This document shows positions 56,470-64,000 of a stretch of DNA of 64,000 nucleotides, piece after piece. Origin of the DNA: Thermoproteota archaeon. Its GTDB lineage: Archaea; Thermoproteota; Thermoprotei; Gearchaeales; Gearchaeaceae. Position numbers and translations under genes: made by a program. Below the pieces are notes generated by a model. That model had not been told where the DNA came from, did no database searches, and saw only the letters and a list, made by a program, of their open reading frames with translations. How positions within the stretch are numbered: position 1 is the stretch's first letter; every line of letters starts with the position of its first letter. The stretch spans positions 7,198 through 71,197 of the forward strand of contig JBEPZU010000002.1 in the NCBI GenBank assembly GCA_041640715.1. Direction: 5' to 3'.

Positions 56470-57873
56470 ATGAGTCAAATCTCGATATTAAAAAGCCTCA
56501 ATCCTGTTTTCAATCCTAGAACTGTAGCTGTTATAGGAGCTAGTGGTACTCCAGGTAAAATAGGCTATACTATTTTCAATAATCTAATAAAAGGCAAGTT
56601 CAGAGGAAGAGTTTATCCAATAAATCCGAGTAGAAAATCGATATTAGGAAGAACTGCATATCCTAGTGTTCTTGATGTTCCTGAAGAAATAGATTTAGCT
56701 ATAGTAGCCGTTAAGGCTGAATTCGTAGAAAATGTCCTTCAAGATTGCATAAAAGCCAACGTTAAAGCTGCAATAATAATAAGCGCTAATTTCAGAGAAG
56801 TTGGTGGTGAGGGAGTAGAAAGAGAAGAGAGATTAAAGAAGCTTATAAAGAATTCAAAGATAAGAGTTCTAGGTCCTAATTGCTTAGGGATCTTCAACAA
56901 TTATAATGGTTTAGATACGCTTTTCTTTCCGGAAACTAGAATAGAAAAACCGAAACCAGGCTTTGTGTCGATAATTTCTCAAAGTGGTGCTGTGATGGCC
57001 ATTTTATTGGATTGGTTTGCAAGAGAGAATGTAGGAATAGCTAAGGGGGTTAATTTTGGCAATAGAATAGACATAGACGAAGCAGAACTGTTATATTATT
57101 TAACTTACGATGAAGAGACTAAGGTTATATTAGTCTATGTAGAAGGTTTGGAAGAAAATAAAGGCAAGAAATTCATGGAGGCATGTAAATTCGCAGCATT
57201 TCATAAGCCCGTGATAGTGCTTAAAGGAGGAAAAACTGAAGCTTCGAGTAAAGCTGTTATGTCACATACAGGAGCTATGAGTGGTTCTTATACAATCTAT
57301 AGAGCAGCTTTTAAACAAGCAGGGGCGCTAGAAGCTAATGATGTTCAAGAAATGCTAGATATGGCTAAAGCTTTGTTAATGCAACCTCTTCCTGAGGGTA
57401 AAAACGTGGCAGTGATCACAAATACAGGAGGCGTAGGCATTTTAACTGTAGACGCTTTGGTAGAAAAAGGTCTTAACGTACCTGAGCTCGATGAAGAAAC
57501 AAAGAATTTCCTTAGAGAAAACTTACCGCCGGCATCTTCTGTTAAAAATCCAGTAGACATGACAGGTGATGCTACAGCTGATAACTATAGAATTGCTATA
57601 GAGAAAATAGTCAAACTAGATTACATTAATTCTTTGATCGTCTCTCTTGGGTTCCACGTTCCTTCGTTGGGGTTTGAGGTGCTTGACTATGTTTATTATG
57701 CTAAGGAAATAGGTAAGCCGATAATAACAATAGTCATGGGAGGAGCTCTTTCTGATAAAATTTCTAGGATCATTGAAAACAATGGAATACCTTCTTATCC
57801 TACTCCTGAAAGGGCCGCTACTGCCTTATATGCCTTGTATAGGTATTCAGAGATCAAGAACTCCTTAGTATGA
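56470..57873 (+). CDS. acdA: ADP-forming acyl-CoA synthetase (acetate-CoA ligase) alpha subunit
   Basis: AVIGAS..PGKIG, GPNCLG, SQSGA, GN..D..E, phospho-His SHTGAMSG, NPVD.TG. Confidence 0.92.
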   Translation: MSQISILKSLNPVFNPRTVAVIGASGTPGKIGYTIFNNLIKGKFRGRVYPINPSRKSILGRTAYPSVLDVPEEIDLAIVAVKAEFVENVLQDCIKANVKAAIIISANFREVGGEGVEREERLKKLIKNSKIRVLGPNCLGIFNNYNGLDTLFFPETRIEKPKPGFVSIISQSGAVMAILLDWFARENVGIAKGVNFGNRIDIDEAELLYYLTYDEETKVILVYVEGLEENKGKKFMEACKFAAFHKPVIVLKGGKTEASSKAVMSHTGAMSGSYTIYRAAFKQAGALEANDVQEMLDMAKALLMQPLPEGKNVAVITNTGGVGILTVDALVEKGLNVPELDEETKNFLRENLPPASSVKNPVDMTGDATADNYRIAIEKIVKLDYINSLIVSLGFHVPSLGFEVLDYVYYAKEIGKPIITIVMGGALSDKISRIIENNGIPSYPTPERAATALYALYRYSEIKNSLV

Positions 57874-58565
57874 GGAAACAATTATTTCTATCTTTAATGG
57901 AGATGGCAAAGAAAGATTTTAGAGATTTCCTATTTGAGCACGAATCCAAAGAATTACTTAAAAGTTATGGTTTAAACGTAACGAATTTCTTGTTTCTCAA
58001 AAGTAGAGAAGAAATTGAAGAAAGGATTAGAGAAATAATCTTCCCTTGTGTTCTTAAAATAGTTTCAAGAGATGCATTGCATAAAAGCAATGTAGGAGGT
58101 GTCATCATAGGCATAAAAAATAAAGAAGAACTTCTCGATGGTTTCTCTCGAATAGAAAAAATAGCTAAAAATAATTCAATAAAACTCGAAGGTGTTTTAA
58201 TAGAAGAGCAAGCTAAGGAAGGAATTGAAGCGATAATAGGATTGATCAAGGATCGAGTTTTCGGTCATGTTTTAATGCTTGGTTTAGGAGGTGTATATAC
58301 AGAGGTGCTTAAAGAAGTTAGTTTCAGAATAATACCAGCTACTAGAAGAGAATTATTAAGCATGATTTATGAAACTAAGCTCTGGAGCTTATTAAATGCA
58401 AGGTATAAGAAAGTAGATGTAAACGTAATTGTGGAAGCTCTGGAAAAGGTTTCTTTGTTAGCAGAAGAAAATCCTGAAATCCTAGAGCTCGATATAAATC
58501 CTGTATTTGTTTATGAAGACTTCTTAAAAGTTATAGATGCGAGAATTCGATTTGCTTCGGTATGA
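57870..58565 (+). CDS. acdB: ADP-forming acyl-CoA synthetase beta subunit (ATP-grasp)
   Basis: EHESKELL, P.VLKIVS...HKSNVGGV, FG.VLMLGLGG, ELDINP, DARI. Confidence 0.9.
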   Translation: MRKQLFLSLMEMAKKDFRDFLFEHESKELLKSYGLNVTNFLFLKSREEIEERIREIIFPCVLKIVSRDALHKSNVGGVIIGIKNKEELLDGFSRIEKIAKNNSIKLEGVLIEEQAKEGIEAIIGLIKDRVFGHVLMLGLGGVYTEVLKEVSFRIIPATRRELLSMIYETKLWSLLNARYKKVDVNVIVEALEKVSLLAEENPEILELDINPVFVYEDFLKVIDARIRFASV

Positions 58566-59241
58566 ACTTTAGTAAAATATAACTTGCTATAAATCCAGCT
58601 AATAAACCGAATAGGTGTGCGAAAAGGTTAACCCCTGGTAATAATGAATTTATCAAGAATAGGAGTATCACGAAGATTATGGACGAGAATAGATTTCCGT
58701 TTCTCATTCCTAGATTCGCTATAGCACCTAATAATCCGAATATTGCTCCTGAGGCTCCTGCTGAAGGTGTAAAATCTGCAAGCTGTATAGAACCTATGAA
58801 GGGCAGATATTTAAGTAAGAAGAGCGAAGCTATATTTCCTGCTAAACCTGAGAGAATGAAGATTAATAAGAATTTCTTTCTTCCAAAATTAATCTCGACT
58901 GCGTTTCCTAGGAAATATAGCGCTAGCATGTTGAAAGTTAAATGAACTATTCCAAAATGAATGAACATAGAAGTTAAAGGTTGCCATACATAGAAGTGTT
59001 TAAACACAAAAAAGTTTATCTGGCTTAAATAGAACTGAAGCCAAGAAACGGGAATTCTATTTGGTTCATATTCAGCAGTCCTTCCCAAAAAAACTTCCTG
59101 TGGGTTTGCTCTATAGATCAATTCGTACCCATCAAACTTCAGCACTATATAGAACATGTTAGCCGTTACTACGGTAATTAAGAATATTATCACATTGAAA
59201 ATTATAATGAAAGTCGTAAACGAGTATTTTGATATATTCAT
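58531..59241 (-). CDS. Rhomboid intramembrane serine protease
   Basis: WQPLTSMFIH...HLTFNM, GASGA catalytic Ser, AHLFG catalytic His. Confidence 0.92.
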   Translation of the reverse strand: MNISKYSFTTFIIIFNVIIFLITVVTANMFYIVLKFDGYELIYRANPQEVFLGRTAEYEPNRIPVSWLQFYLSQINFFVFKHFYVWQPLTSMFIHFGIVHLTFNMLALYFLGNAVEINFGRKKFLLIFILSGLAGNIASLFLLKYLPFIGSIQLADFTPSAGASGAIFGLLGAIANLGMRNGNLFSSIIFVILLFLINSLLPGVNLFAHLFGLLAGFIASYILLKFIPKQIEFSHL

Positions 59242-59389
59242 AACTTATCTTTCTTTAGCATCAATAAATAATTTAAGAGGTTGTTTTAGAAACCATGTTG
59301 AAGAGATAAGCAAAATATCTCGTTTCATCGTTTTAAGAAAGTTCTTCATGGTTAACAAAGTTCTTAAATTATACAAGTAAATAATCTCG

Positions 59390-60316
59390 ATGATAACTAT
59401 ACTCTCAGGGGGTACAGGGGGAAGAAGACTTTTTGAAGGCTTCCTTAAGGTATATCCGCATAATGAAATAAATATCATAGTCAACACCGCAGATGACATA
59501 GAGTTATACGGTCTCCATATAAGTCCAGATTTGGATTCTATTCTTTACGCAGCAATAGGAATAATTGATGACGAAAGAGGTTGGGGGATTAAAGGAGATA
59601 CTTTCAATTTCCATTCTATGATATCAAAAATAATACCTGCGTATAGTTGGTTCAAGCTTGGAGATAAAGATTTAGCGCTTCATGTAGTTAGAACAAATCT
59701 GTTACGTGGAGGCATGACCCTAACCCAAGTCACCAATTTCTTAGCTAATAAATTCAATGTTTATTGCAATATAATACCAATGAGCGATGATAGAGTAACT
59801 ACTTACATATTTGATGGCGTGAATCAGAGACATTTCCAGGAATTTTGGGTATTATACAGAGGAGAGATGCCTATAAAATCCGTGATTTTCGATAACATAG
59901 AGAATGCAAGACCTAATGAAAAAGCAATAGAAGCTATAATATCTTCAAAGCTTGTAATTATAGGTCCTAGCAATCCCATCACGAGCATAAATCCGATCCT
60001 TAGCATTAAAGGAATGCGTAATATAATAGCTGATTGTGATGCTAAGAAGGTAGCTGTAAGTCCTATAAAGGGAGATTCACCTTTCAGCGGGCCTGCTGGA
60101 AAATTGATGGCCAGTTTAGGTATAGAAGTGAATTCCTATGGCGTAGCAAGCCTTTATAGTGATGTCATAGATGCGATCATAATAGATTCTAGCGATAGGA
60201 ATGAAGATAGAATAAAAGAGCTCGGTATAGAAGTCCTTAAGACAGATATCTCATTGGCTAGGTCGGAAGATAGAATAAGATTGGCTAAATTCATACTCGA
60301 GAAATTTTCTCTTTGA
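59390..60316 (+). CDS. cofD: 2-phospho-L-lactate transferase (F420 biosynthesis)
   Basis: SGGTGG, VNTADD, SPDLDS, WG..GDTF, LGDKDLA.H..RT, HFQEFWV, GPSNP..SI.PIL, SGPA. Confidence 0.94.
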   Translation: MITILSGGTGGRRLFEGFLKVYPHNEINIIVNTADDIELYGLHISPDLDSILYAAIGIIDDERGWGIKGDTFNFHSMISKIIPAYSWFKLGDKDLALHVVRTNLLRGGMTLTQVTNFLANKFNVYCNIIPMSDDRVTTYIFDGVNQRHFQEFWVLYRGEMPIKSVIFDNIENARPNEKAIEAIISSKLVIIGPSNPITSINPILSIKGMRNIIADCDAKKVAVSPIKGDSPFSGPAGKLMASLGIEVNSYGVASLYSDVIDAIIIDSSDRNEDRIKELGIEVLKTDISLARSEDRIRLAKFILEKFSL

Positions 60317-60958
60317 ATGAGCGATGCGATATTAATACCTTTCAAAAAGCTTAGCTTGGCTAAGAGTAGACTTTCAAATTTCTTAAACCAAAAACAAAGA
60401 ATAGAGTTTACTGAATTAATGCTTAAAGACGTTCTAAATTCCTGCCTTAAATCTAGCTTCTCAAAGATCTTTCTAATAACCCAAGAAGAATTCAATAAAC
60501 CTTGGTTGGTTTCGAACAAAATAGAAATTATCCAGGATGAAGGTGAGTTGAACGAAGCTTTGGAAAGGACAATTAAGAAGTTAAATTTCGATCTTTTCTT
60601 AATTCTACCTGCAGATATCCCTTTGATAGAAACTGAAGACCTAGAAGCTATCCTTTCTTTATCTAAGGAATTCGATGTAGTTATATCCCCAAGCATCGAT
60701 GGTGGTACAAACGCCCTTCTTTTGAAGAAGGGCAAAGAAATAAAGTTTGAATATAATTTGAAGAATAGCTCCTTACTTCATTTAAAAAACGCCCTTTCTC
60801 TCAATCTTAAGGTCTGTATTTTAACTAACGAGAGGATTGCTTTAGATATAGATGACATTGTTAGATTAAAGTATTTGATCAATAAAGATTTGAGGAAAGA
60901 AAGCATTTTCTACGCAAAATCCATATTTATAACAAATGAAGAAGATAGAGATCTATAG
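60317..60958 (+). CDS. cofC: 2-phospho-L-lactate guanylyltransferase (F420 biosynthesis)
   Basis: IPFK....AKSRL, LN.AL, PADIP, GGTN, DID. Confidence 0.9.
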   Translation: MSDAILIPFKKLSLAKSRLSNFLNQKQRIEFTELMLKDVLNSCLKSSFSKIFLITQEEFNKPWLVSNKIEIIQDEGELNEALERTIKKLNFDLFLILPADIPLIETEDLEAILSLSKEFDVVISPSIDGGTNALLLKKGKEIKFEYNLKNSSLLHLKNALSLNLKVCILTNERIALDIDDIVRLKYLINKDLRKESIFYAKSIFITNEEDRDL

Positions 60959-61700
60959 CATAGAAGGACTACCTGAAATTAAAGAAGGAGATGACTTAGC
61001 TGTTCTGATCATAGAAGCATTGAAGAAAAATAACCTAGAGCTACAGGATAATGATATATTAGTGATTTCTCAGAAGATCGTTTCCAAAAGCGAAGGAAGG
61101 GTTGTGAACTTAAATGAAGTTAAACCTTCAGAATTGGCTTTAGAGCTATCTAAAATAACTGAAAAGGATCCTAGTTTGGTAGAACTTGCATTAAGGGAAT
61201 CTAAAAGGGTGATCAAAGCGTTTAAAGGTCATTTGATAGTTGAAACCAAACAAGGAATAGTATGCGCTAATGCGGGCATAGATAAATCCAACGCTGGAAA
61301 TAAGGAAGGAATAAATAGAGTGATACTACTTCCTGAGGACCCTGATCTATCAGCTAAGAAGATAAGACAAAGAATAGAGTCGTTGGTAAATAAAAGAATA
61401 GGAGTCATAATATCTGATACTTATGGAAGAATGCTCAGAGAAGGCCAGATAAACTACGCTATAGGTGCTAGTGGTGTTAGAATCTTTAGGGATTACAGAG
61501 GGAAGACCGATAGAGATGGTTACTTATTACAAGTAAAGAACATAGCTGAAGCTGAAGAAATAGCATGCGCAGCAGAGTTAGTAATAGGGCAAGCTGATGA
61601 AGGTACACCTGTTGCTCTTGTGAGAGGGTTAAAATGCGAAGAGACAGACTTGGATGCAAAAGCTCTTAACATGCCAGAAGAAAAATGGCTTTTCAAGTAA
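60936..61700 (+). CDS. cofE: Coenzyme F420-0:L-glutamate ligase
   Basis: GLPEI..GDDL, SQKIVSKSEGR, CANAGID.SN, LPEDPD.SA, ISDT.GR..R.G. Confidence 0.94.
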   Translation: MKKIEIYSIEGLPEIKEGDDLAVLIIEALKKNNLELQDNDILVISQKIVSKSEGRVVNLNEVKPSELALELSKITEKDPSLVELALRESKRVIKAFKGHLIVETKQGIVCANAGIDKSNAGNKEGINRVILLPEDPDLSAKKIRQRIESLVNKRIGVIISDTYGRMLREGQINYAIGASGVRIFRDYRGKTDRDGYLLQVKNIAEAEEIACAAELVIGQADEGTPVALVRGLKCEETDLDAKALNMPEEKWLFK

Positions 61701-62232
61701 TCTTGAATGGTTCTATTATCCCGCTTTTTAGCATTTCTTCAATTTTTCTTTTAATCAGAGCCAAGTCGAAACCTTTGTAATTCAAATTATAAGGTTCTAG
61801 CTCTAGATAAGCTCTTTTCATTATAGAAATGGCTACTTCTTTTCTCGATTTTTGATTATGGACCATTGAAGCAGCAAGCAATATTATTCCATGAAGCATT
61901 CTTTTTTCATCACCTGTAGCTTTCCTCCATAAGTATTCCAACACTTCGTGTACTTCCCAGAATCTTTCTTCGTTAAATAGCCTCTTAGCTAGTTCCATTC
62001 TATCTTCCTTAACTTCTTCTTCTAATACCCTAGAATCTATTAACTTGAAGAAATTTTGTAGAGCTTTCTTAACAGCATCGAGTTCTGAGCAAAATAAATC
62101 TAGTTCGATGTGATTGCTCGCTTTTCTTACATCGACGAGTTTGACATCTTTTAAATTATTCTTAATTACGCTGGCGATTTCCTTTATATTACGATCATCT
62201 TCCTTCTTAACTATGAATATTACCCTTTTCAC
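61693..62232 (-). CDS. DUF309-domain protein with an extra N-terminal domain
   Basis: LFNEERFWEVHEVLEYLW...GIILLAA..H; about 70-aa N-terminal extension. Confidence 0.8.
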   Translation of the reverse strand: MKRVIFIVKKEDDRNIKEIASVIKNNLKDVKLVDVRKASNHIELDLFCSELDAVKKALQNFFKLIDSRVLEEEVKEDRMELAKRLFNEERFWEVHEVLEYLWRKATGDEKRMLHGIILLAASMVHNQKSRKEVAISIMKRAYLELEPYNLNYKGFDLALIKRKIEEMLKSGIIEPFKIT

Positions 62233-63157
62233 GAGAAAAGAAAGAAGTGCAGGCTACTAATATTAAATAAGCCGCAAGATTCACGGTAAACCTATTTTGC
62301 TCATATAAAGGAGCTACTTCTACTACATCGATGGCTTTAAGATTCTTGAGTTTAGCTATTTTCCTAACAATATCGATCGCTTCAGAGCTTTGTATTCCAT
62401 TTACCGAAGGAGAATTAACGCCTTGAGCTTGTTCTATGCAATCCATGTCTATGCTCAAATAAGAGAACTCAGTTTCATTTGCTTCTACTTCTATCTCCTT
62501 GAATATTTCATCAATTCCTTTCTTTCGAATATCTTCTACGAAATAAATTTTCAAACCATAACTTTTAGCCATCTCTGCATATTTCCTTGAGTTGTAGAAA
62601 TCCCTTATTCCTATTTGGAAAATCTTCTTCACATTGCTAAGCTCTTCTACAGTCTTTCTTAAATAGGTACCGCTTGAGCTGAACTTCTCTCTTACCTTTC
62701 TTATATCATGATGTGCATCTAGAACGATGAATGAAACGCTTCCCAGCTTTGAGAGGGAAGCTAAAGTAGAATAGGTTATGCTGTGATCCCCTCCTATAAA
62801 GATTGCTAGCTTCGATTTTCGATATATTTCTAGCGAAGCTTCTTCTATGTTCTTGTAACTGAAACTTAAATCTGAGTTCGAAGTTATTATATCCCCGAAA
62901 TCGCATATCTTCAAGTTCTCAAGAGAAAAGTCCTCTACGTAGGAATAAGTATTCAAGTTGTATAGTGCTTCTCTAATGTATTTAGGCGCATATTTTGCTC
63001 CTTGTCTTCCAAAAGTAGCTCCGTCAAAAGGAATGCCAGTTATTGCTATGTCGCAATCTTCCCTTGCTTTCTTTATTATGTCCTTCATCTTGATCTCGTT
63101 TTCATCTATCTTCGATATTTCATAGGAAGGTTCTTCGAAAAAGTTCATACTTTTCAA
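62207..63157 (-). CDS. Ureohydrolase (agmatinase/formimidoylglutamase family)
   Basis: GIPFD..T..R.GA..AP..IR, GGDHS, DAHHD, DMD, D.VEV.P. Confidence 0.88.
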   Translation of the reverse strand: MKSMNFFEEPSYEISKIDENEIKMKDIIKKAREDCDIAITGIPFDGATFGRQGAKYAPKYIREALYNLNTYSYVEDFSLENLKICDFGDIITSNSDLSFSYKNIEEASLEIYRKSKLAIFIGGDHSITYSTLASLSKLGSVSFIVLDAHHDIRKVREKFSSSGTYLRKTVEELSNVKKIFQIGIRDFYNSRKYAEMAKSYGLKIYFVEDIRKKGIDEIFKEIEVEANETEFSYLSIDMDCIEQAQGVNSPSVNGIQSSEAIDIVRKIAKLKNLKAIDVVEVAPLYEQNRFTVNLAAYLILVACTSFFSREKGNIHS

Positions 63158-63261
63158 AATGAGGTTTGTGATAAATATCTTTATTTTAATGGAGTCCTAA
63201 TTTGCTTAGCCTAGATTTGTGTATTTATCGATTTAAGCAATTTTTAAAATATCAAAATATT

Positions 63262-64000
63262 GTGAGAGAAGTTTATTTAATAAGGCTTAGCGGTGATGTG
63301 ACTTATAGGAAAGCTGGTTCTAGATTCTTCATGGAGAATCTATTAGTTAAAAACATAAAGGAGGCTTTAAAAATTTCAGGTTACAACGCTACAGTTCATC
63401 ATGAACCTGCTAGGATTTTCGTCTCAGGAATTCAAGACCCTTCTATATTGAAAAGAATCTTCGGAATAAGCAGCTTTTCTAGATGCTTAGAGATCGAGTT
63501 CAAAACATTGGATGATCTAGCTAATCAAATAGCAGAATTATATAAAGAAAAAGTCAAAGGAAAAAGCTTCGCAGTTAAATGTAAGAGAAGCGGCATTCAT
63601 GATTTCAATTCAATGGGAGCTGCTAAAGTAATAGGCGCTAAGTTAAGGCCTTATTCTAGCAAGGTCGATCTTGAGAATCCTGAAGTTACAATCAATGTGG
63701 AAATAAGAGATGATAAGGCTTATTTATATGAGGAAAAAATAGAAGGCTTTAAAGGATTACCTATTGGTTCAGGCGAACTCGTACTTAGTTTATTCTCAGG
63801 AGGATTTGATTCTCCCGTAGCTTCATGGTTCGTAGCCAAAAGAGGTTGCAAAGTCGATTTTGTGCATTTTTCTTTCGCGGGTCTAAGTGAGATTTTACCA
63901 GTTTTTTCTGTAGCTCAATACCTCTATAAGAATTGGTTCTATGGCTATAAACCTCGGTTCATCGTTGTAAGATTAGCTGGTATAATTAGAGAAATCATTT
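63262..64000 (+). CDS. thiI: tRNA 4-thiouridine synthase (partial, runs off right edge; missing from ORF track)
   Basis: Hand translation from GTG 63262: VREVYLIRLSGDV...IFGISSFS...SFAVKCKRSG (THUMP)...GLPIG..SLFSGGFDSPVA..KRG (PP-loop). Confidence 0.9.
   Translation, partial: MREVYLIRLSGDVTYRKAGSRFFMENLLVKNIKEALKISGYNATVHHEPARIFVSGIQDPSILKRIFGISSFSRCLEIEFKTLDDLANQIAELYKEKVKGKSFAVKCKRSGIHDFNSMGAAKVIGAKLRPYSSKVDLENPEVTINVEIRDDKAYLYEEKIEGFKGLPIGSGELVLSLFSGGFDSPVASWFVAKRGCKVDFVHFSFAGLSEILPVFSVAQYLYKNWFYGYKPRFIVVRLAGIIREII

Noticed and set aside
589-63214. Many 60-190 aa ORFs antisense to or nested in clear genes (e.g. 589-906, 3569-3973, 11320-11652, 13161-13598, 38869-39186, 60154-60735)
   Set aside because: They are Ser/Ile/Leu/Phe-rich, lack motifs and overlap strongly supported genes; typical shadow ORFs.
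1-64000. tRNA, rRNA, CRISPR arrays, transposases or integrases
   Set aside because: I saw no GC-rich structured island, T-loop consensus in tRNA context, regularly spaced repeats, or DDE/Tyr-recombinase/TnpB motifs.

Overview
64 kb of a low-GC (roughly one third G+C by eye), thermophilic archaeal chromosome. It looks TACK/Thermoproteota-like: reverse gyrase, pantoate kinase, RbkR-type riboflavin kinase, ADP-forming acetate-CoA ligase, a Sulfolobus/Thermoplasma-type 7Fe ferredoxin and a C/D-box guide RNA. It is mostly gene-dense core metabolism. It holds an N-module-less complex I-like operon (nuoABCDHI..JKN, N cut off by the left edge), FrdABCD, a fused EtfBA with FixC and FixX, and pyrFEBIC. 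It also holds pterin/methanopterin-type genes (DHPS-like, mptD, mptE, mptG, DUF447), F420 genes (cofDCE), merA and thiI (cut off by the right edge). The most unusual feature is a sulfur-relay module inside the complex I operon: an LbpA/GcvH-like domain with Arg in place of the lipoyl Lys, fused to TusA, plus a rhodanese with a palindromic operator. The NuoD keeps the same two hydrogenase-derived cysteines seen in membrane-bound sulfane reductase. Other notable items are a 12-TM three-fold His-repeat protein resembling the heme-copper oxidase subunit I fold, a Cys-rich HxlR regulator divergent from merA, a His-free version of the zinc-containing ferredoxin, an unannotated C/D sRNA predicted to target the 23S peptidyl-transferase centre, and a decaying tandem duplicate of a surface-protein gene. 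I saw no tRNA, rRNA, CRISPR array or recognisable transposase. All family assignments are motif recognition by eye; no database search was run.
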